Below are positions 13,263-24,579 of a stretch of DNA of 64,000 nucleotides, piece after piece. Every line of letters starts with the position of its first letter. Within the stretch, counting starts at the first letter, position 1. The DNA is from Chiloscyllium plagiosum (Eukaryota). The stretch spans positions 34,497,239 through 34,561,238 of the forward strand of contig NC_057718.1 of the NCBI RefSeq assembly GCF_004010195.1, in the 5' to 3' direction. The position numbers and the translations under genes are program-made. The notes under the pieces are model-generated. The model was given only the letters and a program-made list of their open reading frames with translations. It made no database searches and had not been told where the DNA came from.

Positions 13263-13854
13263 ACAAAACCTACTGTAGTCAATTAATCTAATGTAGTTTA
13301 CCAGACTTGAATGGGTTACAATCTGACCTTCACAGTTACATGTACGTACAGCCATGTCATGAAAACTAGATCTTGGGAGGAAAATCTAAATGTCAGGGGA
13401 AAGATTAAAACTTCACTGGCAGCTAACTGCAAAATGTCCTTGCACTGGTGGTCTATCATGAGATGCTGTCCTTATTTTCAATGGAAATTATGTTGTTGTG
13501 ATCTCATACCAAATCAAACAATTACCAAATTTGTCAAGGCTGAATGTATTCCTTTATGAAGTAAGAATTTGTCCTATCAGAGTATTGAAGGAGACCAAAT
13601 GCAGATTAAACTTCGTATGGAATGTAAGAGCAAGATTCATTTTAAACGGCAGCCTTCGCCAGGTTAGGACAAACTCAGTACAGTCTGCTCTGAAAAGCCC
13701 TACATCTTTTCACTAATATTCTCCTTGCTTCACAAGATGGTGTAGACTTCTGCCTATGGTTCATGGGGGCTGCTGCCATGTCCTAGCTACAAACCTCAAG
13801 GAGGTGTGTGTTGTCATGGTGATATTATGATAGTAACCAAAGAAACACCATTGT

Positions 13855-15200
13855 TGATTGATTGATTTGATTTATTGTCATGTGTGCCGAAGTACAGTGA
13901 AAAGCTTTGTTTGAGAGCAGTACAGGTAGATCTTTGGGTGAAAAAAAACTTGGACAGAGTGAGGCGTACAGGTTACACTGTACAGGACATGTGCGAAGCA
14001 AGATCAATATTAACAAGATCAGCATTATTTGAAGTTGCAGAGTCTCTTCATCAGTCTAATAATGACAGGGAAGAAGCCGTTCTTGAACCTGTTGGTGCCT
14101 GTGTTTAAGCTTCTGTATCTTCTGCCTGATGGAAGAGGCTGTAGGAGAGCATTACCAGGGTGTGATGGGTCTTTGATGATGTTGATGGCCTTTCCGCGGC
14201 AATGGGCTGTGTAAATGGAGTTCATGGGTGGATGATTGGCTTCTGCAATGGTCTGGGATGTGCACACAACCTTCTGTAGTTTCTTAGGGTCCTTGGCAGA
14301 GCGGTTTCCGTACCAGACCATTATGCAAGCGGACAGTATGCTTTCCATGATGCAGCTGCAGACGTTGGTGAAGGTCCTTATGGAGATGCCAAATTTCCTG
14401 AGCCTACTGAGGAAGGAAAGGCACTGTTGTGTCTTCTTGATCGTCGCATCTACGTGGGAGGTCCAGGACAGATTGTCGGTTATCATCACTCCTAGGAGCT
14501 CTCAACCTCTACTCCACTGATGTAGATGAGGGTGTCCTCCTCCTTTCTTTTTGAAGCTAGGAGAAAGTGAGGACTGCAGTTATTGGAGAGTCCTGTCATA
14601 AAGGGCGGCTTTTCCAGTGCCATCATTTTCAACTCCTTTCATTTCTGACGTCAATAATCTGTTATTTTATTTTGCTGACACTGAGAGACTGGTTCTCATT
14701 TTTGCACCATGTCACCAGGCCCTCTGTCTCCTTCCTGTATTCTAACCCATTGTCGATGGATATTCATCCTGCCACAGTGGTGTCGTCAGCAAACGTATAG
14801 ACGGTGTTCGTTTGGAATTTGGCTATGCAATCGTGAGTATATAGGGAGTATAGTCCAGGGCTGAGGATGCATCCTTTGGGGGCTCCAGTGTTGAGTGTTA
14901 TCATGGAGGAAGTGCAGTTGTTTATCTTCAAGGATTGTGGTGCAGGTCAGAAAGCTGAGTATCCAGTTGCAGAGGGCGGAGCTGAGACCAAGGTCTCGGA
15001 GTTTTGAGATCAGTCTGGAGGTATAATGGGTGTTGAAGGCGGAGTTGTAATCAATAAGCAGGGGTCTGGCATAGATGTCCTTAATAAATGTTCCAGGGAT
15101 CAGTGCAGGACTAGGAAAATGGCATCCGCTGTGGGTCTGTTACATTGGTAGGCAAATTGTAGGGGGTCGAGGCAGGCTGGGAGTTTGGAGTTGATGTGTT
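13855..15200 (-). mobile_element. Rex1/Babar LINE, 5'-truncated and decayed
   Basis: ORF 14025-14489 ITDNLSWTSHVDATIKKTQQCLSFLSRLRKFG...ESILSACIMVWYGN...LPSGRRYRSL; (gattt)n tail. A ~35 bp Penelope tail fragment is inserted at ~14559-14592. Confidence 0.85.
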
Positions 15201-15597
15201 GATATTGTGATATCTTGGCATCTAAGGAAAACACAAACGCAACTATTCTGTGCTATCTCCTTTTGCTGTGCAAAGACTCAATTTGTTTCAATCTTCATTC
15301 AGATGATACTTGAAGCTCAGTGAGTAAACAAACATGTCAGAACACAAATTCATATGGAGCTGGAAGGTGCCAGGCTTCTGACCTGTACTAAATTAGCTGT
15401 CCTTTAAGAAATGGAGAGGGGATAATGGAGCGAGTTTTCTATATTTGGCTTCTGCTTTTGGACCAGGTTGGATTCTCATATCAGATTCCTGTCATCCTTG
15501 GAAACTCACCCGCTGCTGAATCCTACCATTGTTAGATTTGGCTATTCCAGTCTGTCTTGTTCAGACTTCCATCTTCCAGTTGACATAAACTTGTCTG

Positions 15598-16162
15598 ATT
15601 CTGGATTAGTGGTGCTGGAAGCGCACAGCAGTTCAGGTAGCATCCAAGGAGCTTCGAAATCGACGTTTCGGGCAAAAGCCCTTCATCAAGAATAAAGGCA
15701 GCGAGCCTGAAGCGTGGAGAGATAAGCTAGAGGAGGGTGGGGGGTGGGGAGAAAGTAGCATAGAGTACAATGGGTGAGTGGGGGAGGGGATGAAGGTGAT
15801 AGGTCAGAGAGGAGAGGGTGGAGTAGATAGGTGGAAAAGGAGATAGGCAAGTAGGACAAGTCATGGGGACAGTGCTGAGCTGGAAGTTTGGAACAAGGGT
15901 GAGGTGTGGGAAGGGGAAATGAGAAAACTGTTGAAGTCCACATTGATGTCCTGGGGTTGAAGTGTTCCAAGGCGGATGATGAGGCGTTCTTCCTCCAGGC
16001 GTCTGGTGGTGAGGGAGTGGCGCTGAAGGAGGCCCAGGACCTCCATGTCCTCGGCAGAGTGGGAGGGGGAGTTGAAATGTTGGGCCACAGGGCGGTGTGG
16101 TTGATTGGTGCGGGTGTCCCGGAGATGTTCCCTAAAGCGCTCTGCTAGGAGGCGCCCAGTCT
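15598..16162 (-). mobile_element. Penelope-like 3' fragment (GIY-YIG C-terminal half plus hammerhead terminus)
   Basis: ORF 15861-16172 TGRLLAERFREHLRDTR...VAQHFNSPSHS...RRLEEERLIIRLGTLQPQDINVDF. Hammerhead-like TTGATGA-A-GGGC-TTTT-GCCC-GAAACGTC (first core C changed to T) at ~15660-15690. Confidence 0.9.
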
Positions 16163-16398
16163 GAATCAACACTGTAATGGCACATCTGCTTCACCTATCA
16201 CCCCTATGCTCGCTGGTTGCCTCGCAGTTGAACAAGGATTTGTTCCAATCCCTCCTTGGCTTTATCCTGCTCTATCTCAGTATACACAACTGACCGACAC
16301 TTCAAGATATCTACTTTAATTCTAGTCTTTTTGATTCATTTGTGGAATGAGGGCATCACCAGTTGGACCAGCATTTATTACCTATCCCTAATTGCCCA

Positions 16399-16898
16399 NN
16401 NNNNNNNNNNNNNNNNNNNNNNNNNNNNNNNNNNNNNNNNNNNNNNNNNNNNNNNNNNNNNNNNNNNNNNNNNNNNNNNNNNNNNNNNNNNNNNNNNNNN
16501 NNNNNNNNNNNNNNNNNNNNNNNNNNNNNNNNNNNNNNNNNNNNNNNNNNNNNNNNNNNNNNNNNNNNNNNNNNNNNNNNNNNNNNNNNNNNNNNNNNNN
16601 NNNNNNNNNNNNNNNNNNNNNNNNNNNNNNNNNNNNNNNNNNNNNNNNNNNNNNNNNNNNNNNNNNNNNNNNNNNNNNNNNNNNNNNNNNNNNNNNNNNN
16701 NNNNNNNNNNNNNNNNNNNNNNNNNNNNNNNNNNNNNNNNNNNNNNNNNNNNNNNNNNNNNNNNNNNNNNNNNNNNNNNNNNNNNNNNNNNNNNNNNNNN
16801 NNNNNNNNNNNNNNNNNNNNNNNNNNNNNNNNNNNNNNNNNNNNNNNNNNNNNNNNNNNNNNNNNNNNNNNNNNNNNNNNNNNNNNNNNNNNNNNNNN
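16399..16898. other. Assembly gap (500 N)
   Basis: N run adjacent to the satellite array. Confidence 1.
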
Positions 16899-19764
16899 AG
16901 GTGAGCTGGCCATAGTATCTAGCGATGTGATGGTTAGGTGAATTGGCCATAGTATCCAGCAGTGTGCATGTTAGGTGAATTGGCCGTAGTATCCATGGAT
17001 GTGCAGGTTTGGTAATTTGGCCATAGTATCCAGTGATGTGCAGGTTAGTTGAATTGGCCATAGTATCCAGGGATGTGCAGGTTCAGTGAATTGACCATAA
17101 TATCGTGGGATACGCAGGTTTGGTGAATTGATCATAGTATCCAGGGATGAGCAGTTTTGTTGAATTGGCCATAGTATCCAGGGATGTGTTGGTTAGGTGA
17201 ATTGGCCAAAGTATCCAGGGATGTGCAGGTTTGGTGAACTGGCCATTGCTTCCATGGGTGTGCAGGTTTGGTGAATTGGCCATAGTATCCAGGGGTGTGC
17301 AGTTTAGGAGAATTGGCCATAGTATCAAGGGATATGCAGGTTTAGTTAATTGGCCATAGTATCCAGCGATGTGCATGTTCGGTGAATTGGACATTGTATC
17401 CTGGGATGTGCAGGTTTGGTGAATTGGCCATGGTATCCTGGAATGTGCAATTTTGGTGAATTGACCATAGTATCCAGGGATCTGCAGGTTTGGTGAATTA
17501 GCCTTAGTATCCAGAGATGAGTACTTCAGGTGAATTGGCCATAGCATCCAGGGATTTTCAGGTTAGGTGAATTGGCCATAGCATTCAGGGATGTGCAGAT
17601 TTGGTGATTTGGCCATAGTATCCAGGGATGTACAGGTTTGGTGAATTGGCCATAGTATCCAGGGATGTGCAGCTTTGGTGAATTGGCCATAGTATCAAGG
17701 GATGTGCAGTTTTGGTGAATTGGCCATAGTATCTGGGGATGTGCAAGTTTGGTGAATTGGCCATAGTATCCAGTGATGTGCAGGTTCGGTGAGTTGGCAA
17801 TAGTATCCGGAGATGTGCAGGTTAGGTGACTTCGCCATAGTATGCAGGGGTGTGCAGGTTAGATATACTGGCCATAGTAACCAGGGATGTGGAGGTTAGG
17901 TGAAATTGGCCATAGTATCCAGGGATGTGCAGGTTAGGTGAATTGGCCATAGTATGCAGGGATAAGCAGTTTTGGTGAATTGGCCATATTATCCAGGGAT
18001 GTGCAGTCTTTGTGAATTGGCCATAGTATCCAGGAATGTGCTTGTTTGGTGAATTTTCCATAATCTCCAGGGATGTGCAGATATGGTGAATTGGCCATTG
18101 TTTTCCGGGGTGTGCATGTTTGGTGAATTGGCCATTGTATCCAGAGATGTGAAGGTTTGGTGAATTGGCCATATTATCCAGGGGTGTGCAGTTTAGGTGA
18201 ATTGGCCATAGTATCCAGGGATGTGCAGGTTTGGTGAATTGGCCATATTATCCAGGGATGTGCAGTTTAGGTGAATTGGCCATAGTATCCAGGGATGAGC
18301 AGTTTTGGTGAATTGGCCATGTTATCCAGGGATGTGCAGTCTTTGTGAATTGGCCATAGCATCCAGGAATGTGCATATTTGGTGAATTGTCCATAATCTC
18401 CAGGGGTGTGCAGATATGGTGAATTGGCCATAGAATCCAGGAATGTGCAGGTTATGTGAATTGGACATAGTGTCCTGGGATGTGCAGGTTTGGTGAATTG
18501 GCCGTTGTACCCGGGGATGTGCAGGTTTGGTGAATGGGCCATAGTATCCAGGGATGTGCAGGTTAGGTGAATTTGCCATTGTATCCAGGGATGTGCATAT
18601 TTGTTGAATTGGCCATAGTATCCAGGGATATGCAGGTTTGGTGAATTGGCCATATAATCCAGGGTTGTGCAGGTTTGGTGAATTGGCCATTTTATCCAGG
18701 GATGAGCAGATTCGGTGAATTGTCCATTGTATCCAGGGATCTGCAGGTTTGGTGAATTAGCCTTAGTATCCAGGGATGAGTAGTTCAGGTGAATTGGCCA
18801 TAGCATCCAGGGATGTGCAGGTTAGATGAATTGGCCGTAGTATTCAGAGATGTGCAGTTTTGGTGAATTGGCCATAGTATCCAGGGATGTGCAGGTTTGG
18901 TGAATTGACCATAGTATCCAGGGATGTGCAGGATAGGTGAATTGACCATAGTATCCTGGGATGTGCAGGTTTGGTGAATTGGCCCAATTATCCAGGGATG
19001 TTCAGATTAGCTGAACTGGCCATAGTATTCTGGGATGTACAGATTAGGTGAATTGGCCATAGTGTCTAGGGATGTGTAGGTTAGGTGAATTGGCCATAGT
19101 ATCCAAGGACGTGCAGCTTTGGTGAATTGACCATAGTGTCAAAGGATGAGCAATTTTGGTGAATTGGCCGCAGTATCTGGGGATGTGCAAGTTTGGTGAA
19201 TTGGCCGTAGTATCCAGTGATGTGCAGGTTAGTTGAATTGGCCATAATATCCTGGGATGTGCATGTTTGGTGAATTGGTCATAATATCCAGGGATATGCA
19301 GGTTTGGTGAATTGACCATAGTATCCAGGGATGTGCAGTTTTGGTGAATTGGCCATAGTATCCAGGGATGTGGAAGTTAGGTGAATTTGCCATAATATCC
19401 TGGGATGTGCAGGTTAGTTGAATTGGCCATAGTATCCAGGGATGTGCAGGTTAGGTGAATTGGCCATAGTATCCAGAGGTGTGCAGGTTTGGTGAATTGA
19501 CCGTCGTATCCAGGGATGTGCAGTTTTGGTTAATGGGCCATATTATCCAGGGATGTGCGGGTTAGGTGAATTGGCCATTGTGTCCAGGGATGTGCAGGTT
19601 AGTTGAATTGGCCATACTATCCAGGGGTTGTGCAGTTCTTGTGAGTTGGCCATAGTATCCAGGGCTGTGCAGGTTTGGTGAATTGGCCATAGTATCCAGG
19701 GATGTGCAGGTTTGGTGGTTTGGCCATTGTGTCCAGTGATGTGCTGGTTAGGTGGTTCAACCAT
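16899..19764 (+). repeat. 37-bp tandem repeat, about 77 visible copies
   Basis: Monomer GGTGAATTGGCCATAGTATCCAGGGATGTGCAGGTT(A/T). Period confirmed from gtgaatt at 17641 and 17678. Left end is lost in the gap. Confidence 0.98.
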
Positions 19765-19862
19765 GGGGAATGCAGGACTATGTGAGTGGGATGCTTTTCT
19801 GTGGGTTAGTGTGGACGCGATGGACTGAGCGACCTGATTCTATGCTTTAAGGGATTCTATAA
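19765..19862 (+). mobile_element. HE1-like SINE 3' end continuing from the tandem array
   Basis: ggggaatgcagg...gtgggatgcttttctgtgggttagtgtggacgcgatggac...gggattctat aligns by eye with the 3' parts of the SINEs at 21304 and 62686. Confidence 0.75.
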
Positions 19863-20754
19863 ATCCAGAAGACAGAGAAAGAATTCCTTAAACTGATTGC
19901 ATTCAATTAATATGAAGACATTTTAACTAAGAATTCATTGCTGGAGTCAGATCTGCAACACATGCAGCAAAATGTTAACTTTGAAAGAAAATGTAACTGT
20001 GACTTTGTAAGCTGAATTATTTAAAGTTCCGCTGCACATAGGAATTTGGAGGAGAAATTGGGTGATCAGCATGTAGTAAAAATCTAGCCACTTCTTAAAT
20101 CATTACCTTTATTTTTTTCATAGTACAGGAATGTAAGGAATCTTTTGGAAATCTATTTGTCTAGTGCAGATGTTCATCTCTTCAAATAATGTCTTCACAA
20201 TAAAATGCCAGAAGAAATATTCATACACGTTCTATAGAAATAAGTAGCTCTCTGTCTGGGAGATAAAGTTGGGGGAAATAGTGTTGGCCGATCACATCAG
20301 ATTTAAGTTTGGGACAGCCAGTTTATTAGACTGACTGGCACATTTATCTGCTTTCCTTTAGTTCAACCCTCAATGCATTCTGACAGTTCACTGAAAAATC
20401 TTGCACCTCTCCAGTGTAACTAGAAGGGTGTTTGATTGTTAGTGGGATCTTACTTGATTTGTTTAAGTTGATAGTATTGGAGAGGCTGACTGAAAGAATG
20501 CTTTGCTTTAGAACATTTCCCCTCCTTGTTTTCTTTTGAAGACATTAACCCATTCTTCACGGGCTACAATGATCTTCTAATGAAGTGTCTCATGCATGTT
20601 GAACTTTGGCAAACTCTTCTGCTTTGGAGGAGAGTCACAACTTTGTGTTTTCACCTGATATCCATCAGGGTCATGAAACAGAAAATCTGGCAGATTTGTT
20701 TTTGACTCTCACCGAAGCTTTAGGAATGCCAAGGTTAGTCACAACAGGCTCAAA

Positions 20755-20980
20755 AGTGCTGTTAGCTCAGTTGGCTGATAGGTGGTTTGCAATGCAGAGT
20801 AATACCAACAGTGTCAGGTGGTTTCAATTTCCACACTAGCTGAGGTTACAATGAAGCCTCTCCTTCTCAACCTCTCCCTTCCTTGAGGCGTGGTGACCCT
20901 CAGGTTAACCTACCACAAATCGTCTTTTTGTAAAGACAGAGCAGCCTATGGTCTTTTAAGACTATGGCAATGTTATCTTT
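20755..20980 (+). mobile_element. tRNA-derived SINE (family B); second copy ~35170-35350 on minus strand
   Basis: A-box TAGCTCAGTTGG; both copies share ttctcaac...cctcaggttaa...gcagcc(c)tatggtc. Confidence 0.65.
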
Positions 20981-21303
20981 TCTATTTGAACAGTACTGTA
21001 AAATATTTTAATGTTTTGAATCAGCAGTTGTGTGCTGTTTCTCTGTGCTCTGGGGAGTTTTATCACAGACCTAAGGTGGGCTGGGGGCCCTGGGCACCAG
21101 CTCCATAAATCCATGGAGACGTCTGTCCCTGGCATCATGCAGAGCATGGAGCCACCAAATGGTAGAGTCAGCCTGAGTATCATTGTACATGAGAGCAGAA
21201 CGGAAGAAATAATCAGAGTATTTTAATGTGGGAGCTGATCTGCTGCCTGTGATATTCCAGCAGAATTACTATGCTGTCACATATCTAATAATACAAACTG
21301 TTA

Positions 21304-21600
21304 GGCAGCATGGTGCTGGGTGGTTAGCACTGCTGTTTCACAGTGCTAGGGTCCCAGGTTTGTTTCCACCCTTGGGCGACTATCTGTATGGAGTTTGCAC
21401 ATTCCCTGTGTGGGTTTCTTCTGGACGCTCCGGTTTCGTCCCACAGTCCAAAGATGTGCAGGTTAGATAATTGGCCATGAGAAATGCAGGGTGATTGGGC
21501 AGGGGAGCGGGGTGTGGTGAATGTAGGTGGGATGCGCTTCGGAGGGTTAGGGTGAGCTCGATGAACAGAATAGCCAGTTTCTACACTGTAAGGATTCAAT
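21304..21600 (+). mobile_element. HE1-like (V-SINE) tRNA-derived SINE
   Basis: tRNA-like head ggttagcactgctg..tcacag, central ggagtttgcacattc...ccacagtccaaagatgtgcaggttag, CR1-like tail. Confidence 0.85.
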
Positions 21601-21772
21601 GTTATTTAGTAGTTTGTTTCTGATATGTGAGTATCCATGCAATTCTAATGACATTCTAACTTTTCTTGAAAGTTGGTCAGAATTTTCCTCATGCTATTTA
21701 TCCAGCACTGAGTTATTGCAATGTTCTTCACTCATGGACATGTGCCCTAGTAATTATACAAGTCAATAATTA

Positions 21773-22207
21773 CAGTCATAAAGCCATTGAGCTGTATAGC
21801 ATGGAAACACATCCTTTGGTCCATGCCAACCAGATATTCTAAATAAATCTAGTCCCATTTGTCAGCATTTAGTCCCTATCCCTCCAAACCCTTCCCATTC
21901 ATATGACCATCCAGATGCCTTTTAAATGTTGCAATTGTCCCAGCCTCCACCACTTCCTCGGGCAGCTCATTCCATACCCTCTGCATGAAAAAGTTGTCCC
22001 TTAGATACCTTTTAGATCTTTCGGTTCTCACCTTAAACCTAAGGCCTCAGGGTTTGGACACCCCCACCCCAGGGAAAAGACCTTGTCCATTTAGCCGATC
22101 CATGCTCCTCATGATTTTATAAATGTCTAGAAGGTCACCCCTCAGCCTGCAATGCTCCAGGGAAAATAACCTCAGCCTATTCAGCCTCTCCATATAACTC
22201 AAACACT
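21773..22207 (-). mobile_element. CR1/HER1-like LINE 3' end
   Basis: Colinear with the 3' end of the copy at 25961-26400 (gcatggaaaca...ccctcagcct..atgctccagggaaaa). Confidence 0.85.
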
Positions 22208-22539
22208 TCATTTATAGAGTTTCCCAATAACAAAACAATAAAACTCTAAAAATATGGGATTTTTACTAAAACTCTTGAATGTGACTTTTGACCTCTAATT
22301 GAGTATTTGTTTTACGTTTCTAAGTTACATTTCGAATCTTCCAGCTGTCAAATTTAGTGTCCAATAAAATTAACCAATATTATCTGTATTTTTTGATAAA
22401 GACATATTAAACAGCACATATACTGGGCTTATACTATATTGTATCTTTTGCATATTCATTCTATCTGACAAAATTTAATGTGACAAGGAAGAGCTTATAT
22501 GTATTCTAGGAAAAATGCCACTAATGATGGCATATGTTA

Positions 22540-22760
22540 ATTTCCTGAAAAGTTGGTGTCCGATTTCTGCTAAATTAGTTAATCTTCGTCAAAAAAGTAT
22601 TGGGAATGTCAGAATTGCCTTTAGTGCTCTTGGACTAAAATGTGAGAAAATCAAGCAATTTTTCTGTGGCTGATTGTGGTCTCCTGTTGCCTGTTAGGAA
22701 ATACATGTGTGCATCTATCAAATCAGGACAGGATCAGAACTGGCCATCCATAGTTGAATC
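22540..22760 (+). mobile_element. Old LF-SINE-like repeat; related copies ~61590-61800 and ~63480-63760
   Basis: Copies share degenerate blocks (gctaaattagttaatct...gaaaatca...gattg...aggacaggatc; ccagtgacccctgctggaaag at ~63640). Family name is from recall, not verified. Confidence 0.45.
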
Positions 22761-23314
22761 ATCTGCTGTCTGTGGCTGTCTGCAAGTACAACATAATGTC
22801 TCTAATCCTTCATAGTACCAGTGTCAAACATAATTTGTTTCATCCATTCAAGGAATGTGGGCTTTCCTGGCCGGTCTGGCATTTATTTTCCATCCCCAGC
22901 TTCCCTAGACAAGGTGGTGGTGAGTTTCTTTCTGATATGGTCTATTTGCTGCAGGCAGATGCTGTCAGGAAGGGTATTCCAGGATTCTGAATAGTCATGT
23001 GCAGCACAGACACCCTCAGGGATTTGAAAGAGAAGAGGGGTTTTTTTGAAAACAAAACATTGCCAATGTACGTCAGTGTGCCCAGGTTCAGAGCTGAATA
23101 CAGCTGCCTTACTGAGGAACTGGAGCGATGAGATCATTCGGCTACCACATTCTATTTGTCCTGAACTGGCCTGAACAAGATTCCTTACCTTGCATGGAAT
23201 AAACTGAGACTGCAAGGCAACTCCCCTTTAGGGAAAAGGGAATGAATTGTACTGATCATACAGACACGTGAGAATGAATTATTGACTTTCTGTGCATGGC
23301 CATTCTAGGTCTTA

Positions 23315-23460
23315 CAAAGTTAAAAATCACACAACACCAGGTTATAGTCCAACATGTTTAATTAGTAGCACTAGCTTCCAATTAAACCTGTTGGACTGTA
23401 ACCTGGTGTTGTGTGATTTTTAACTTTGTACACCCTAGTCCAACGCCAGCACCTCCAAAT
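23315..23460 (+). mobile_element. Short palindromic Penelope-derived insertion (second family) with TSD
   Basis: acaaagttaaaaatcacacaacaccaggttatagtccaaca and its reverse complement form ~45 bp arms. CATTCTAGGTCTTA at 23301-23314 and 23461-23474. Confidence 0.85.
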
Positions 23461-23526
23461 CATTCTAGGTCTTAAATGCATAGAATAAGTGACAAGATGT
23501 ACTTGTGGTTATTTTCTTTGCCATTT

Positions 23527-23898
23527 ATAGAGTCATAGAGTCATAGAGATGTACAGCATGGAAACAGACCCTTCGGTCCAACCCGTCCATGCCGACCAGA
23601 TATCCCAACCCAATCTAGTACCACCTGCCAGCACCCGGCCCATATCCCTCCAAACCTATCCTATTCATATACCCATCCAAATGCCTCTTAAATGGTGCAA
23701 TTGTACCAGCCTCCACCACATCCTCTGGCAGCTCATTCCATACACATACCACCCTTTGTGTGAAAAGGTTGCCCCTTACGTCTATTTTATATCTTTCCCC
23801 TCTCATCCTAAACCTATGCCCTCTAGTTCTTGACTCCCCGACCCCAGGGAAAAGACTTTGCCTATTACCCTATCCATGCCCCTCAATTTTGTAAACCT
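23527..23898 (-). mobile_element. CR1/HER1-like LINE 3' end
   Basis: ORF 23615-23806 RGERYKIDVRGNLFTQRVVCVWNELPEDVVEAGTI..FKRHLDGYM; (ctatgact)n tail. Confidence 0.9.
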
Positions 23899-23956
23899 CA
23901 CTTCTTGCTTGGAAATCCTTCCATGCCTAGGCTTCTCCTTGTCTTTAGTTATACAT

Positions 23957-24097
23957 GGAGGAGAAAGTGAGGTCTGCAGATGCTGGAGATCAAAGTTGAA
24001 ACTTTATTGCTGGAACAGCACAGCAGGTCAGGCAGCATCCAGGGAACAGGAGATTCGACGTTTCGGGCACAGGCCCTTCTTCAGGAAACTGAAGAAG
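23957..24097 (-). mobile_element. Penelope terminal fragment containing an intact hammerhead motif
   Basis: Same terminus as the copies at 41268, 45757 and 49297. CTTTAGTTATACAT repeated at 23943-23956 and 24109-24122. Confidence 0.85.
24054..24087 (-). ncRNA. Minimal type I hammerhead ribozyme motif (best-preserved copy)
   Basis: Minus strand TTC-CTGAAGA-A-GGGC-CTGT-GCCC-GAAA-CGTC-GAA: complete core, perfect 4-bp stem II, 3-bp stem I, GUC site. Confidence 0.8.
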
Positions 24098-24579
24098 TTA
24101 TACATCCCCTTTAGTTATACATCCCCTTTTCCAAGCTTTCCATCCCTGACTCCTATGTCCTCTGCATGCTCCTCTCCTTTATTAGCATCCGTGCTTCCAG
24201 TCACATAGATCCCATGTTCTGGAATTCTTTCCTTAAATCAGGTTTGAAAGCTTCACTAGACCTTTCCTTTGATGTCTTCCAAGATCCTCGCAAAATATTG
24301 ATTAAACTCCCACTCATCATTTCTCAAATCTCCTTTTTTAGCCCAGTTTTACCCTTATGCTCTAGTGGCACACAGATTATATAATGTAGTTTTAATGTGT
24401 TCTTTAACCGCAAGTTGACCAATGTCAGTCGCTCACTCTTAACTGCATTACGACATGGAAACAAATAACTGATTAACATGATGGAGTGAGACTAAGAGAT
24501 GGGGAGAGATAACTTAACAGAACTTTGGGTTGAAGCTATTGGCTTATTTGACAAATTGCAAATCACGTTGTGTTCTGCT

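Noticed and set aside
16256..17061. Long ORFs containing X runs (also 25983-26990 and 30677-31573)
   Set aside because: Their length comes from N gaps.
16899..19764. CRISPR array (37-bp repeats)
   Set aside because: Units are head-to-tail with no unique spacers, no cas genes are present, and the context is eukaryotic.
17083..19764. Repetitive protein MANSPNLHIPGYYGQFTKPAHPWILWPIHQTCTSLDT
   Set aside because: Artefact of a 37-nt unit cycling through three frames; stops are scattered and there is no gene structure.
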